Assembly: GCA_002189035.1 (NCBI GenBank)
Contig: CM007989.1
Coordinates: forward strand, 8,184,001 to 8,248,000
Length of the DNA stretch: 64,000 bases
From: Utricularia gibba
Lineage: Eukaryota; Plantae; Magnoliophyta
Direction: 5' to 3'
Made by a program: the position numbers and the translations under genes. The notes beneath the pieces were generated by a model that worked only from the letters and a program-made list of their open reading frames with translations, was not told the DNA's origin and did not search any database. How positions within the stretch are numbered: the stretch's first letter is position 1; each line of letters begins with the position of its first letter. Positions 1 to 14,640 of the stretch are shown piece by piece.

Positions 1-336
1 GCTGCATGTGGACAGAATTTGAACGATTTGCATGTACTAATGAACACAAAGTTCACAAAAAAGCTCATGGAGGATTTGTAGAATGAGAAGAGAAAGCGTG
101 GTGATGAGGCACCTTTGAACAAAACTGGCAACGAAGGAATCAGGAGCACTGGATTTAAAAGCTTTGAGGAAGGACCACATGTTGCCAATGAAGGGCCAGC
201 CAAGATCACCTGGTGGAAGATTGTACTTCTCTTTACCCAAATTCTTCTCATGATACCAGCAGTTGAAATTCTTTAGCGCCCACTTCAAAAACATCAAACA
301 AACAACACCTCCCAAGACTAATCCCCACGACATCAT
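1..336 (-). CDS. KAO: ent-kaurenoic acid oxidase (CYP88A), 5' part; gene continues beyond the window start
   Basis: Exon 113-336 encodes an N-terminal TM anchor, then LPPGDLGWPFIGNMWSFLKAFKSSAPDSF, typical of CYP88A. GT donor at 112/111; an AG acceptor at 3/2. A likely 5'UTR acceptor at 350/349. Confidence 0.9.
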
Positions 337-1271
337 GAACTGAAAATCCTATGCAGAGAACTCTTCTAAAGAGGGAGTGACTAAAAAGAGGAAACTAAAC
401 ATGAATTCTCCATATGGGAATGGATAAAACTGTTGCCAGAGCATACAGGAAAAAGCATGGATTCGTTTGTCCTGTTCTATCAAGCAAATGACAGAGGTGA
501 AGAGCATGAATGATGGTGGTGGCACACATTCTTTATTCATTTTCTATCGAGAAAGTGGATGCATGTTCTCAAGATATGCACATCAAAAATGGATATAAAC
601 GACTAGGAGAAATGGACACGATTCTTTTCCCTGTCATTTCATCTTTATCTGATCGCTTCCTTCCATTTATATTTTTTTTGAAGAAGAAAATATGCATAAT
701 TCCAATTCAATTATTCTTCTTCTTACTGTTAATGCCATCATGGCACCAGTATCACCACTCAGAATTCATCATCATGTCAGGCGCCTGGAAAGATTGTCCT
801 CTGTCACCCTGTGAAGCTACCCGTCTGGAAAAACAAAAACACAAAGCAGTACATGAATAGGTAGGTTTGAGTGAGAATAGAGCATAATGGTCAATTCAAC
901 ATACAGTGTGGTGATAGCAAAGTCAGTGCAGTCACTGTGAATCCAATTCTTCATGATGATTTCCTGTAACCATAGCAATCTGAACCCTTTAACCTCACTG
1001 CTTGTATTGGAATGCTTTTCTCGTGGAATCAGACTCATGTCTAGCAAGGGCCCCCCTTTTACGGAATGGGAGATTTTTCCCATTCTCACATGCATACAGC
1101 TAGTATCAGAAAATAATTCAGCATCTAAAAAAGAGTCCATTTCTATAACATGTATTCTGAATCTGTTTCATGTGCAGAAGATCGAAACTTTCCTTCTTAT
1201 TCAATATGCAGAGAAGAAAAGCAATAGTTTCCTTGGTACAAGAGTTACAGGTATTGCCTTAAGACATCTTC

Positions 1272-2120
1272 TTAAGCATCAAGTTGTGCAGGAAAGTGTG
1301 GCAGTGCATTCACCGCAGCTGACGGTGTATTCGAAATCGATATGAGCTTGTCCCTGTACAGTTCTTTTCCATCATGCACGAGAGGCTCATTAGCCTTGTT
1401 GAATTTTACGTTTTTGGGTGACACAGCAGCAGCAGCAGCAGGTACACCAATATTGGGTTCGAGATAAGATATTTCGATCAGGGCTTCACGAGTCACATCT
1501 TCCTCCCTAACCCCTTTTACAAGCTCGGTCTTGCCCTCGAACGGCCGGTTTTCGTCCTGCATCAAAATATGGAACAGAATTAGCACATATTGATGGAGAT
1601 TCAGAATCTGGAAAAGACAAATTCTACAAATCCACATGTTTCGATCAAAAAGCTAAGGTCAAAGCATCACTCAGGCGAGATCTGGCACGACTAAAAACGA
1701 CTAAATTCAAACCAACGCCTTCTTAAAACTCAAGTAACTTGTATCCGAAAACTTTCGTTGCAAACATGGGGGATTTCGTGGCTGGATCGTCACATATCTA
1801 GGCTCTCTATTTCATTTCAACGCAATGGAGTAAGCAAAGCCTAGGATCATCCCAACTACGGTCTCAAAAACAAATTTTGCGGGAAATTTGCGAGGTCGCA
1901 TACCCAGAAAATGAAAACCCTTTTCCGCAGGATCAACCAACGAGATTAGGAGCAAAGAATTAAGTCATCCGCACAAACGTATTCACAAGCTCGAAAGGCA
2001 AAACCCAGAAAAGAAAGAAGCGACGCAACCTCATTTGTACCACCCGAAATGGTAACACGAAACTCGTAAAGCACCAAACAGAGAGGGGGAGAGAAAGAGA
2101 CGTAATACCAGTTTATCCAT
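1272..2120 (-). CDS. Small uncharacterised plant protein (~98 aa) with two RExLIxIS-like motifs
   Basis: Exon 2109-2120 (MDKL, GT donor) splices in frame to exon 1272-1556 (DENRPF...TREALIEISY...YRDKLISISN...). An alternative ATG at 1562 lies just inside the intron. Confidence 0.6.
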
Positions 2121-2986
2121 TCCAGAGATCCGATTTAGTAGGGATCGGGGTATGAAGATTTGTCAAATACCAAGGCAGCGCTACAAATGATCGGATTTTG
2201 CGGATCCGACAGCTAGAATCGCTCTGATCGCTCCGTTGATTCCAAAACCAAGAAACGTTACCATCAAAAACTATGTAATGAAGCAGATAAACCTGCACCC
2301 CGATCCATCTGTACCCGTCACTGTCGCTTACAGCTTAATTCATCAAAAGATCAAATATGATTCTCCCTACAAACCCAACTTCTTTTTTCTTCCCACGTAA
2401 TATCTTTCAACACCGATGGCTCAACTGCTTCAAACCCAAGCAGGCCACTGTGTGTTGGTTGAACGTGTTCGGCCGACTTCAAGACACATCTCTATCGTTT
2501 AGGAACCAATGGCTCTGGTTCTCTGCCTTAACGAGATGTTAAAATAAGAAGACAACGGTTAAAAAACAATAAAAACGGAGCCTTCACTCAGGTTAACATG
2601 CGTTTTCTCAAGCTCGCACAACAAGGAAAGAATGGCTGCTGCATAGAAAATATTTTTCCTGCACACACAAGCTACATGGGAATGTAGACAACTCCAGAGT
2701 ATAGCAGAACAAACACAACTTGCTCCCGACACGGCACCTGAGAAACTATGTCAAGAAGTCAGAATGGATTTGGGGCATCATGAAGATTCGTGTTTTGCTT
2801 TGTGAAGCTTAAATCCTTGTACCAAAGACGAGAAAAAAGGGAGCTTTGAAAGTGTTGACCGAAAAAGAGGATACCTGAGATGGATGGAGTCCAGTGCAGT
2901 GAATCCTCCCTCATCTTCAGGCAACGACCTGTGGCGCGGATGTATCAAATTATGACTGTCTTGATGGGGAGAACGCAAATAATTTC

Positions 2987-4498
<1,512 letters not shown>

Positions 4499-5342
4499 TA
4501 TGCGTATGGTTAATGTATCTATGTACAGATTCGCAGATCAGAAACAGGAAATTTTGAATGTCAATTTGTTACAAATCGCAATAAGATGATCACCGAGCAC
4601 ATTTTTGTTCCAAAACAACACAAATCTAACACCAGCACTAGATCACACAGCACAGCCAATGATTCAAACCGTAACAGTAGAAATATGCAGAGAGCTAAAC
4701 CAACAGATCACTCCTTCATTTAATTTCACCCCACACATAGAAACCCGTGCAGCTCCGATCCGTAAAAGAAAAGGAAAAAACAATGTACAGGGCGAAGAGA
4801 TTGACACAGAAAGAATTCAGATCTGGGCATCACCTCACGGAACTTCCGGAGAGAAAAAAACAATGGGCGTCTATCTACGATGATTCACTAACGAAAACCC
4901 TCTTTTTATACAGAGAACTGATGCGCCCATAGACCTCACCAAAAATAAAAAAAGAAAGACAACGAAACCCCGATCCGCTCCGTAGCTGGTTACATTCTGA
5001 ACTCCGATAGTCTATTCCATTGTTTTTTGATTTTCTGATGTTTATTCAAGTGCCACTGTTGCTCCCCCTTTCGTCTGATGACAAATATTCCATGCATTCA
5101 ACAAATCTGCCACCCCCTACTGGCAAGGGCTATGATCAATCATGCCCCATGTACTACAGTTTTTCGTCAACTTTTTCAACAGAATGATGTCAAAGGAAAC
5201 CAGTACCTTTGATAACAGAGTTCTCAAAGCCGAAGTAAATACATCGAGAAGATAATGGATGTAAAGGTACCCTAAATCGGATGGATAGTAAAAGAATCAA
5301 GAATACCCACAACTATCACACAAAAATATATTCATCAAATGT

Positions 5343-8300
5343 TCACCGAACCCAGGAGGCGGACTCGATTTCATCCCTCGCTTTCTTGTAAAGTTCAAGC
5401 CTTTTAGCACATTGGAGCCTCCTATCCATCAATATTGGATCTTCGTCCAACAAGTCCGACAGTTGTTTACCCTAAGGAATATCACCAAGAAACCATGGTT
5501 GAGAAGATCTCAAGTAATGCAGAATAAAGGTAAATCAGATGAATGCCATCAAACAGCGCACCTCTTTCTTCCCAATCTGGGTATAGAAGTAGTTGAGTAA
5601 ATTGGATTTTGCCTCCTTAACCTGACAGTAAACCACTGCCTTAGGAATAGTGTGCCTCAGGGTCTCTGAGACCATGTTCACATACGATGAAACGTTTGAT
5701 CCTATCCTCCTGAAGTGTGCCTCTGCATAACGATCAGGGTTCGACGCATTTGGAGTGGAATCCCGTGGACCACTGCCAGGATTTCCAACTTTCTCAACTT
5801 CCTGAGGCAGTCTCCGGAAAAAATCAACAGTCAGATATGATGATTCCATATCAACCAATCTAATCACTGTTTTCTTGCTCTCCTCGCGGAACCTTTCCAG
5901 AGCTTCATTTGCTGCCCCAGCAATAGTAGATTGTAGGGATGGAAATCTTCTCAACTCCTATTATCACCAGCCAGCAAGTCACATGAATACAAGAATGAAA
6001 TAAAGAAAAGTCAAAGAGATTTTTTTAACTCACCTGACACTCCCCAATTGATTTCCTGACAAGTTCCTTGAGGACAAAATGAACCTGCAGCCAAGCAGTT
6101 GCTTACAAATTTTTGCAATTTGGGATAAAATATAGCATGGGTGAAAAGGGTGCATAAACACATACTGCATCGACAGAAGCTTCAGCAGGACCTCTAAAAT
6201 AATTCAGGGAGCCCTCAATAAGCCGTCTGTAACCTTGCTCTGGAGCAATCAAGTGCGGCTGATAGCCATCAGCTTCTGAAACAATTTTTCTGACACTCTG
6301 TATTGATAAATGGCGATCAAATGGGAGTTTCTTCAATGCAGCCGGAAGCTGGTTGTCAAACACTCCATAAATACGATCACCCCCAGGTCGGCTGAAACAA
6401 TGCTTAGTTTGAGATTGATTTCACAATGAACTCAGTCATATGCATCTCGAAGAAAGATGATGAAATGATGGAGCTTACCCTCCATCGAGGTGCTCCTTGA
6501 ATATTTTGTCAAAGGCACGGCAAAGTTCCAGGATTGTGTACAGTTGAGCCTGAAAATGGAAGTCAGTTGCAGAATCAGGAGAAAAAAAAAACAGCAATTA
6601 CAAGAAAGTTGACTCACTCCAGCATCTAAAGAAATTGGCCTTCCCAGGTTGTCCATCTCAGATTCCAGCTCATCAATGTTTTTGTTAATCAAAGACGTGA
6701 TGCTTGGTATTCTTGCCCTAATTACAGATTCCAAGTGCTGAGACAAAAATGACAAAATTAATAACACAAACTTCCTGAGGCAAAACTATTGAAGAATATA
6801 TAGAGGTTATACCCTAGAGAGAAGCTTTGCAAGATACTCAGAACCCATTTTACTAGAAAGGTGCCCATAGTCTGGACTTGTTGCGAAATACTCACGTTCC
6901 TTTTTCCTCGCAGCAATCATATCGATATTTTTGTTAATATCGGCTTGTGAACGATTCACAATACCCACCCAAGGATGTTGCAAGCGATATGCCCTTCCTT
7001 CCAGCACCTGGTTTAGATGCAAGACCAAATGTAACTCAGTAAATCAAAGAACAAGGGACCTTTTATGCAAATTTAAACGAAAACATGGGAGAGAAGGAGA
7101 GTACGTCAAGTGCATTGGTTCCTTGGTCCATCAAATCAAGTTTTGTCAGCACCCCAAACGTTCGTTCACCTTTCCAAGATGCATAAATTCTTTGTCAACA
7201 CCTTCAAACATTTTCCTCACGTATCTGACTAGCAATCGGTTAAATATTGAGGTCCTCACCTGATGGATCCACTTCCCTTGCAATTTTAATAGCATCTGAC
7301 GTGGCAATGTCTTGATTTGCGGGGGATATCGCCAGTATGATACAGTTGGGCTGTATGATATACGAAAATAAAAATGATGACAACGGCATACTATGACAAA
7401 AGAGAGATACGAAGTCTCTGTTTGTACCTTCTCAACATATGAACGAACCATGTTTTCAATATCTCGAACTATACTTTCAGGTTGGCCCTCTGCAAATATT
7501 TAAAAAACCCGCATTACACAGGGCTCCGAATAGAAAATCTACTGTCAACCCAAAAAAATAAATAAATATAGACCTACCCACAGCAACCTTCGTCAACCCA
7601 GGGAGATCAATCAATGTCAGGTTGACAACTGCAAAATTAAGTTTCATATTAATACAAGAGAAAAATAAAACATATGAAAACGGATGTTACAAGTTTAGCA
7701 ATTTTTCGAAGGAAGAACTAATCTCCTAGTTGAGAACAAACTTGAGCAAACACAAACTACAGACGTAGTACCATTGGGAGAATAGATGCTCAAGTGAATA
7801 GGAACGGGAGATATCTGCTTCGTCTTTCCAGTTACCCTATCCGTTTCATCTTGAATTTCCTTGCGAAGCAAAGCTGCACCAGAAAAAGTTTCCAGTCAGA
7901 AGAAAAGGCGCAAAGCCTTTCCATGAACGGCCAGATTCAATGACTACAAATTCATTCATTTTCATGTATGAGAGGGAAAGTCCAAAACTTACAAAAATCT
8001 GAAAATTTTTTACGAGGCAAATGCCCGAATTCTCCATACTCCTGCTGCCCCTCTTCGGTCTTCTGCAGTTGCAACACTAATGGCCGTCTAGTGACAATTC
8101 CTGCGCACAAATATTCAGAAAATAAGAACATAAAGTACCGCCAACCCGCCTTATTATGCAATCCATTATATAATCCAGGACGTGTATCACTAACCAGATC
8201 CTCGGGCAGAAAATCACGTCCTACTATGCTCTCTAACACGGACGACTTCCCCGAACTCTGTATACAGCAAGAAATAGAAACATTTTTTTAGAAAAAAATT

Positions 8301-8575
8301 CATGATTTGCATGAATATGCGGAGGGGAAAAACCCCTCCTGGAAATTCATTCAAATCAAGAACATTCACAGATCTAACAGTTTTCATTGACATTTCCAAT
8401 TTCAAATTTGAACTTTCAAAGCCCAAAATCCCATAACCTGTCCACCAACAACAGCAACAGAGGGGAGAGCGTCCCACAGCGAGGAAAAGGCCTGATCGCC
8501 GCCGTAATCGCCGAGGGCGGTGCAAGCCCTCTGTATTCTGTTCACCAGCCCAATCAAGCTCTCCATCGTCGCCAT
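5343..8575 (-). CDS. DRP1E: Dynamin-related protein 1 (DRP1E/C-like, phragmoplastin family); 1-bp frameshift in exon 2 as assembled
   Basis: Starts [18 protein letters not shown]; contains VVGGQSSGKSS, TRRPL, DLPG and TKLD; ends [19 protein letters not shown]. Exon 2 (8195-8257) is 63 nt where 64 is needed (LPEDL instead of LPRGSG). Confidence 0.93.
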
Positions 8576-8889
8576 AATTTCACAAGATCGAACACAGAAA
8601 CCCCACAGATCTAGCTGAACAAAATAATTTCAAAATAGAACCAGTCCTCGACCGAACGATGCTCCGAAGCGAAGTTAAAACAGCAGCTACAGTCCTCGAT
8701 CAGCTGATTTGACTGGAGCGGACCTAGAGACGAAAAGAGAGCGACGAGGGCTGGAACGAACGAGCAAGACAAGGTAACGGGCAGGCCCGAAAACGCGCAC
8801 CGTGTCCGGTAATTATACCGTGTGACCTCGCTCTCTCCTCCGCTACCGTGTGGACGAAAAACGGCTAGAATTCGAATTTCGAATTACCG

Positions 8890-8975
8890 TTGGGCCCTAC
8901 CCAAAAAGTTAATGGGCCAGGACGCAGGCAGGCTCAAGCCCCGAATTGGGCCGAACACCCAGACCCAGGCCCATT
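8890..8975. promoter_or_regulatory. Site II (TGGGCY) cluster upstream of DRP1
   Basis: Several TGGGCC/GGCCCA motifs about 300-400 bp upstream of the ATG. Confidence 0.55.
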
Positions 8976-9504
8976 TAAAGACTAATTCTGATTAGTGACG
9001 CCTTTTTTCTTTAATTAAACCAGTCGCAGTTGACTTTACCCTTCCTCATGGTTGACCTTTTCTGGTGGTCAATGCCAAACATTCAATGAATATTAAGTTT
9101 GTGACGACACCCGCTTAGCTTGCATAGTTTTGAATACTTTATTCTTACTTACGATTTTGCGTTTTTTTATTTCAAAAGAAATCTTATACAAAATTAATTC
9201 TTTTCTAAAGTCCAATTCCCCTCCCCTCCCCCCTTCAAGAAAACTTAATTGAAATGGACAATTCATTGGACCTAGTGTGTATTTTAAATATATGAATTAG
9301 ATTATGTAAAACATAGTCAATTTTAAGATTATATAAATAGAATTAAATTTAGATTAAATAAAAAAAATAAAAAATAAAAATAATTTTTCTAAAATTAATT
9401 ACAGAATATGAATTTCTCATTTTAATATACAATAGTTAAATATTATAATCTTTCGAAATGAAATAGAATCATTTCAAAAAATTATATTTACAATATCCTT
9501 CCGT

Positions 9505-9755
9505 TGGGTGGGACCTCACACTACTAGCCGACATGCATCCATGTACATGAATCATTTCCATATTCAATCATTTACGAATGTGATCATCTTTATTTTCAAT
9601 TATATTTGTAAAACATATACCCATTACATTATCAATATTCTTTTATTGGATGGGACCTCACACTACTGGCTAACATGCATCCAAGAATATAATACATGAA
9701 TCATTTGCGTACTCAATTATTTATAAATTTGATCATCTCTATTTTCAATTGTGTT
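9505..9755 (+). repeat. Imperfect direct repeat: two ~100-bp copies, period 142 bp
   Basis: GGGACCTCACACTACT...CATGCATCC...ACATGAATCATTT...GATCATCT.TATTTTCAATT occurs at 9510 and 9652. Confidence 0.85.
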
Positions 9756-10142
9756 TCTAAATTCCTCCGACTCGATGTCCGAAGGGTTTATTATTATTAT
9801 TATTATTACATTTGGGGGATGTGTAGGACACGGGATAACCAGGTCTGGACACGGGAGTTTTATTTAAACGTGTCCTATTCGAGCATTTACACACGGCGTC
9901 ATTGACGACTTCAAAAGCGCAACTTGGGAGGTCAAAGCAGATGAATATAAATGTGAAAAATTCAAAGCTGGATATTTTTTTAAGTAGGAATTTGGGGGCT
10001 AGATGTGAAATGACGGATTTGTCCGGGAGGCATTTAATTAAGAATAGAGAAGAAAAAGGGCTTGACGTCGGGTTCTTCTCTTGCTCTTCCGTGATCAGTG
10101 TGTTGCAGTTGAGCCTCGAGATTCTCTTCGGAGGGGGGAGAA

Positions 10143-10853
10143 ATGGTGAACTGCAAGGAGCATCGATTCGATCAGAGCAGCGCCGTCGGCGTCTGTGCTA
10201 CGTGTCTCCGGGAGCGCCTCGTTGCTACAATCTCCGCCCAAAAGCAGCACGCGCCGCCGTTGGCCACGCCCATGTCGCCGAATCACGCGGATCCGAAGGT
10301 GGGCTCCGTCCACGATCCCCGCTTCCGGTTCCTGGGTGCGACCCAGTTGGGTTCGATGGAGGTACAAGGGGAGAAGAGTAAGGGGGGTAAATTGGGTGCC
10401 CTTTTCAAGGGCCTTTTCCCGTTGAAATTAGGGGAACTCCCCTCCGCCCCTGCTAATACATCAGATTCCCCTGCCAGGGCTTCCTCTGTGAACCCTTGCC
10501 GCAGGAGAGAGAATCCGAGGGCGAGGAGCGTGAGGAGTCGCGCTAGGGGACTATCGCCGGTCAGAGATTTTAACGTGGAGGAGGAGAATCGGAAGCAAAC
10601 CCCGAATCGGAAAACCCCAACGCCGCAGTGGCACGGGGAGAAGTTTTCCGGCCTGAGATTCTGTTTAAGCCCTATAGCCATCGTTCGGCCCACCCCCAAA
10701 AGATCCCCGAATCGGAAGGTCATCTTCCCAGAGATAACGGCCGCCAGCGGACTCCGATTCCAGCCGACGGAGCCATCCTTACGCAAGAACCGCTCCCGCA
10801 AACTCACCGGTCAAGCGAGGTGCAATCGCCCTTTCACGACGGCGAATCTCTGA
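10143..10853 (+). CDS. Intronless DUF740-type protein (C..H..GVCxxCLRERL N-terminus)
   Basis: 236-aa ORF with CKEH...GVCATCLRERL and C-terminal RFCLSP and NRSRKL motifs. Confidence 0.75.
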   Translation: MVNCKEHRFDQSSAVGVCATCLRERLVATISAQKQHAPPLATPMSPNHADPKVGSVHDPRFRFLGATQLGSMEVQGEKSKGGKLGALFKGLFPLKLGELPSAPANTSDSPARASSVNPCRRRENPRARSVRSRARGLSPVRDFNVEEENRKQTPNRKTPTPQWHGEKFSGLRFCLSPIAIVRPTPKRSPNRKVIFPEITAASGLRFQPTEPSLRKNRSRKLTGQARCNRPFTTANL

Positions 10854-11273
10854 CCGCCCAGTGTTTTTTTACGTTGACCTCTGACGATTTCACCCGTCTT
10901 CTGTACATATTTACTGCTGCTTTACAGAGCGTTTTTTACCCTCACCTCCCATTCTAATTTAATTGGTATTTTGTCTTCTTTTTTTTATAGTTTCTCAATT
11001 AAAAAACCAATTAATCAAATAAATCCACGAGCCAGTCGTGCGGTGGGCCCCACCTCTCCCCTTTTCATAAAAGCAAGGGCTAACCGCCTTTTAATTAAAC
11101 GCAGCTTTATTAAGATTCCTTTCCAAAAAGCTTAATATACCTTTTTAAGGAAAATTATTAATTTTGCTTTATCCTTTTATAATAACATACCATTTACAGT
11201 TTAAAAAATTCAGTTATGATTTTTTAAATATGGGAAAAAATAATTTGATATAATATCGAATATCGACTAGAAA

Positions 11274-12252
11274 TTATGGGTACAATTGCGCGGGAATCCT
11301 GGATTTGGTTGCGTCAGCATGAATCTGGTAGGCATAAAGGGCGCAGCCCAGGAAGGCCATAGCCATGGCACTCATCTGCATCCCGTCCATTGTATCCCCG
11401 AAGGCCGCCACCGCTGCGGTGGCCGGCATCAGCGCGAGCGCCGCAGCGCCGATCACATCAGACAAGTAAGGGACACCAGCAACGCAAAACCAAACAAGCC
11501 AACGTAACAGACTTGCCAGGAAACAGCGATCACGGAAAGAGTGGCTATGTATGAAGCTTCTCCAGAGGAGAACGCCTTCATTTCTCCGGCAATGCTTCTC
11601 CAGTGTCCGGTCACAAATAAGCAGATTAGAGTAAAGGATGTGGATGTGAAGCCGACGGAGATGAGTAGCTCGACAACCCATCTTAGAGATTGCTTCCTCT
11701 GCATAAAGGTTGCTTGCTCCTCGTAGAGCAAGAGGATGATGGAGTAAACAGTTGTGGATGGGAGCCCCATCAAATGCTCCCAGAGTGGGGTATCTGAGTT
11801 GGCTGTAAGAAGAAGTAAAGAAAACAAAAGCATCACCAGGGAGTTGAAGATCAGCAATGAGAGCCTTCGACGGTTGATGGCAAAGATGATAACTCCCATC
11901 AGTGCCAATTGGATATCATAGAATAGAGAAAATGTGGATGGAGAAGATAGATACTTGAGGCTAATGGAAGACAGAATGTTTGCAGATGAGAGGATGATTC
12001 CGAAAACCCACATATTCGAATGCCGGATGGATGAACTGGGTGGTTTGTCCATCAAACGGAGGAACAGATGCAGGATTAAGAGAATAGGGAAGGCGGCAGA
12101 TCTTGTAAGAGAGCCTAGCCATTCACTTCCCCCACCATTTTCGTAGTAAAACTCGCTTAAAATTGTCGCAGCAGCTCGTCCGACAGCCACAAGAATGATG
12201 TTCAGGACCAGCAGTAGCCACCACAAGAAGCCACGGCCATTTGAAGTGCCAG
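11274..12252 (-). CDS. Purine permease-like transporter (PUP11-like); 1-bp frameshift near 11470; start exon unresolved
   Basis: WWLLLVLNII...FYYENGGGSEW...AAFPIL and SWQVCYVGLFG in one frame, continuing SDVIG...GDTMDG..AM..LG...YAYQ in another frame. Acceptor at ~12253. Confidence 0.75.
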
Positions 12253-13966
12253 CTGATGAAAATCAAGTTCACAACATTGATACAGTGCTCACTCTATACA
12301 GTTAGTCTGCTAACTCAAGGTACACAAAAAGAAAAGATAATGCACCTGGAACAATAAATGGATTGATCATGGACAGAAGCAGCAACTCCAATGAGAAAGA
12401 CTGATATCAGCCAATAAATCCGGATAAACACATCGGAAAACCAAAGATAAGAAGTTCAGAGAATGGAGAAAATGAGGTGGGCACAATAATGCACTTCCAT
12501 AATGCAGTACATAGAGCAAATTCACTGAACTAGACAGATGCTTTTTTGTTCTGTAACAATGTCAATGAACGATTAGCATGTTCATTTGAAGGTCAGCGAA
12601 AAGATAATTGTTTTTTAAACAAAAGTCAATGAGCAGAAGGTCTATTCCCACAAAGATCTACTTAGTTCCTAAAGAACTCTTCGACGAAAACCGAATCCTT
12701 ACATTGTCTTAGTGAATCCTACTTTGCCCTGAGATACATTCACGAGTTATCAGCTTCTGTTTCGTTTCACTACAACTGTTTTCATGAATGGCAAAACAGT
12801 AGATGCTTGCTATTATGGTAAACTAGGTTACTTGAGGATAAACAATAGAGAAGCATACTACAGGATACTAGAACCAATCCTAGAACATGCAATGAGAGGG
12901 TAAGAAAATCCAACCTGCGATTATATGATGAGCGTAATTTGATGAAGCTGCCAAATCCTGGAATACATAATCCCCAATGCAGAGTATGTGGAAATCACCA
13001 TGAGGATTGAAAAGGAAAATGATTCCGAATCACGAAAAGTTTGGCTCTATTCCATCCAGGGTTTGCCGATCCCACAAACCCAGGATGGAATGAAGAAGCA
13101 GAAGCGCAGATTTTAATGCACTGACAACGTATATCATCCAAAATAAACAGAGCAACGCCCACGTCAGAAATCTCCGATAAAACGACAGACAACCGCTGGA
13201 CGAGACTCGCCCGATCAGAGACGCACTCCAAGCCATGGTGGAGATGGACATCGTCGGGTCCACTCTGGATGAAAAGAGAGCAACGGATTTTTCGAAGTAG
13301 ACGAAGAAAGTCGGGTAACCGAGGCCCGTTGGCTGGTGACGGCGATGAACCACCGCGAAAGTGGGAGTGGGCGGTGCGTACTCCGAATGCTCCGTAAGCG
13401 GGAATCCGAAGAACTTTCACGGTCCACCGGCTCGGCCCCTTTTATGGGCCGATGCGTATCGGCCCATTTACACAGATCGCAGTCTGATGGGAATTGGATC
13501 CCCACTGAGTATGTGGGCCCAATAGGTGCTGGTGCGTGGGGCCCAATCTGACGCATCTGCCAGCTGGAGATGAAGGAAAATGACGAAAGTGGTGGGGACA
13601 ACTAATGAAATTATAGGGTGCCTTTTCGCGTATGCCCAATGGAACAAGGGCCCACATCACTACAAGAAAACAAAAATATTACTTCTTTTCCACGTCATAC
13701 AAAATACATCATTTCTTTTTCTTTCGGTTTAATATTTTACTTTTAAAGTATTATAATTAATAAGAAAAGATTTAAAAAAAATGGCTTTGGGAAAGCACCT
13801 CTTGCAACTTTAATCTTTATCATTTGTGCTGCATTTTTTAAAACAAAATAATTAATAATTTACTTCAATAAAAATATTCAGCTGACGTCTATATAGAGTC
13901 AGCTCTCCTTCCCCCACAACGCCCCTCCCTCACTCACTCCCATTTTCTCGGCTAACCGCCGTCGCC

Positions 13967-14360
13967 ATGAAGCCAGGAGCTCCGCCGCCGCGCGTCCACG
14001 ATCTCCAGCTTCCCTATTTTCTGGATTCTTGCTTCCTCTGCCACGCCAAACTCACCCCAAAGACGGATATTTACATGTACAGGTTAGGTGAAAGTAGATC
14101 CCGGAAAATTTCCTCAGAACTTTTTGGATGAGATTTCGGATTTGGTTGTTGTGTTCCAGGGGGATACCGCTTTCTGCAGTCAGGAGTGCCGGCAAGAGCA
14201 GATCGAGGTGGATGAGGCAACCAATAGGAAACATAAGCTTTCTTCTTCTTCTTCTTCTTCAGCAGCAGCTTCGGCTTCAAACAGAGCATCGTCACGGATC
14301 CAGAAAAAGGACGGTGATCGCAAGAAATCTGTGCGCACAGGCACTGTTGCTGTGGCCTGA
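13967..14360 (+). CDS. FLZ: FCS-like zinc finger (DUF581) protein
   Basis: Exon 13967-14082 (FLDSCFLCHAKL...DIYMYR) plus exon 14160-14360 (GDTAFCSQECRQEQI). Confidence 0.92.
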
Positions 14361-14640
14361 TTACATATGTTTAAGAATACCCACAAGGAAAAAAGTATAC
14401 AGAAGCAAGAGACATACAAGGATCTGATGAACTGGATGGATTGAAGCAGCTGCCCTGATTGTAAAAGGGAAAAGATCTTGAATGAATAATATTTGCCCCC
14501 TTTTCTTTCTGATGCATAATATCTCTTTGTGGATCTCAAATGCTCTCGCTGCAAGCTGTGCTGGGGAAAATGTGAATCTCAAATATGAACAAACTGAACA
14601 GGGGGATATGCCTCTTTAAGCCTGCTGTTTTCTCTGCAGA

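Noticed and set aside
817-1140. 107-aa minus-strand ORF
   Set aside because: No recognisable domain or splice link to either neighbour; probably UTR or intergenic.
10283-10807. 174-aa antisense ORF over the DUF740 gene
   Set aside because: Shadow ORF of a GC-rich CDS; the same applies to most overlapping ORFs in SBT1.3, pectate lyase and GA20ox.
12930-12960. 11-nt match to miR167 (TGAAGCTGCCA)
   Set aside because: The rest of the mature sequence differs and no star arm was seen.
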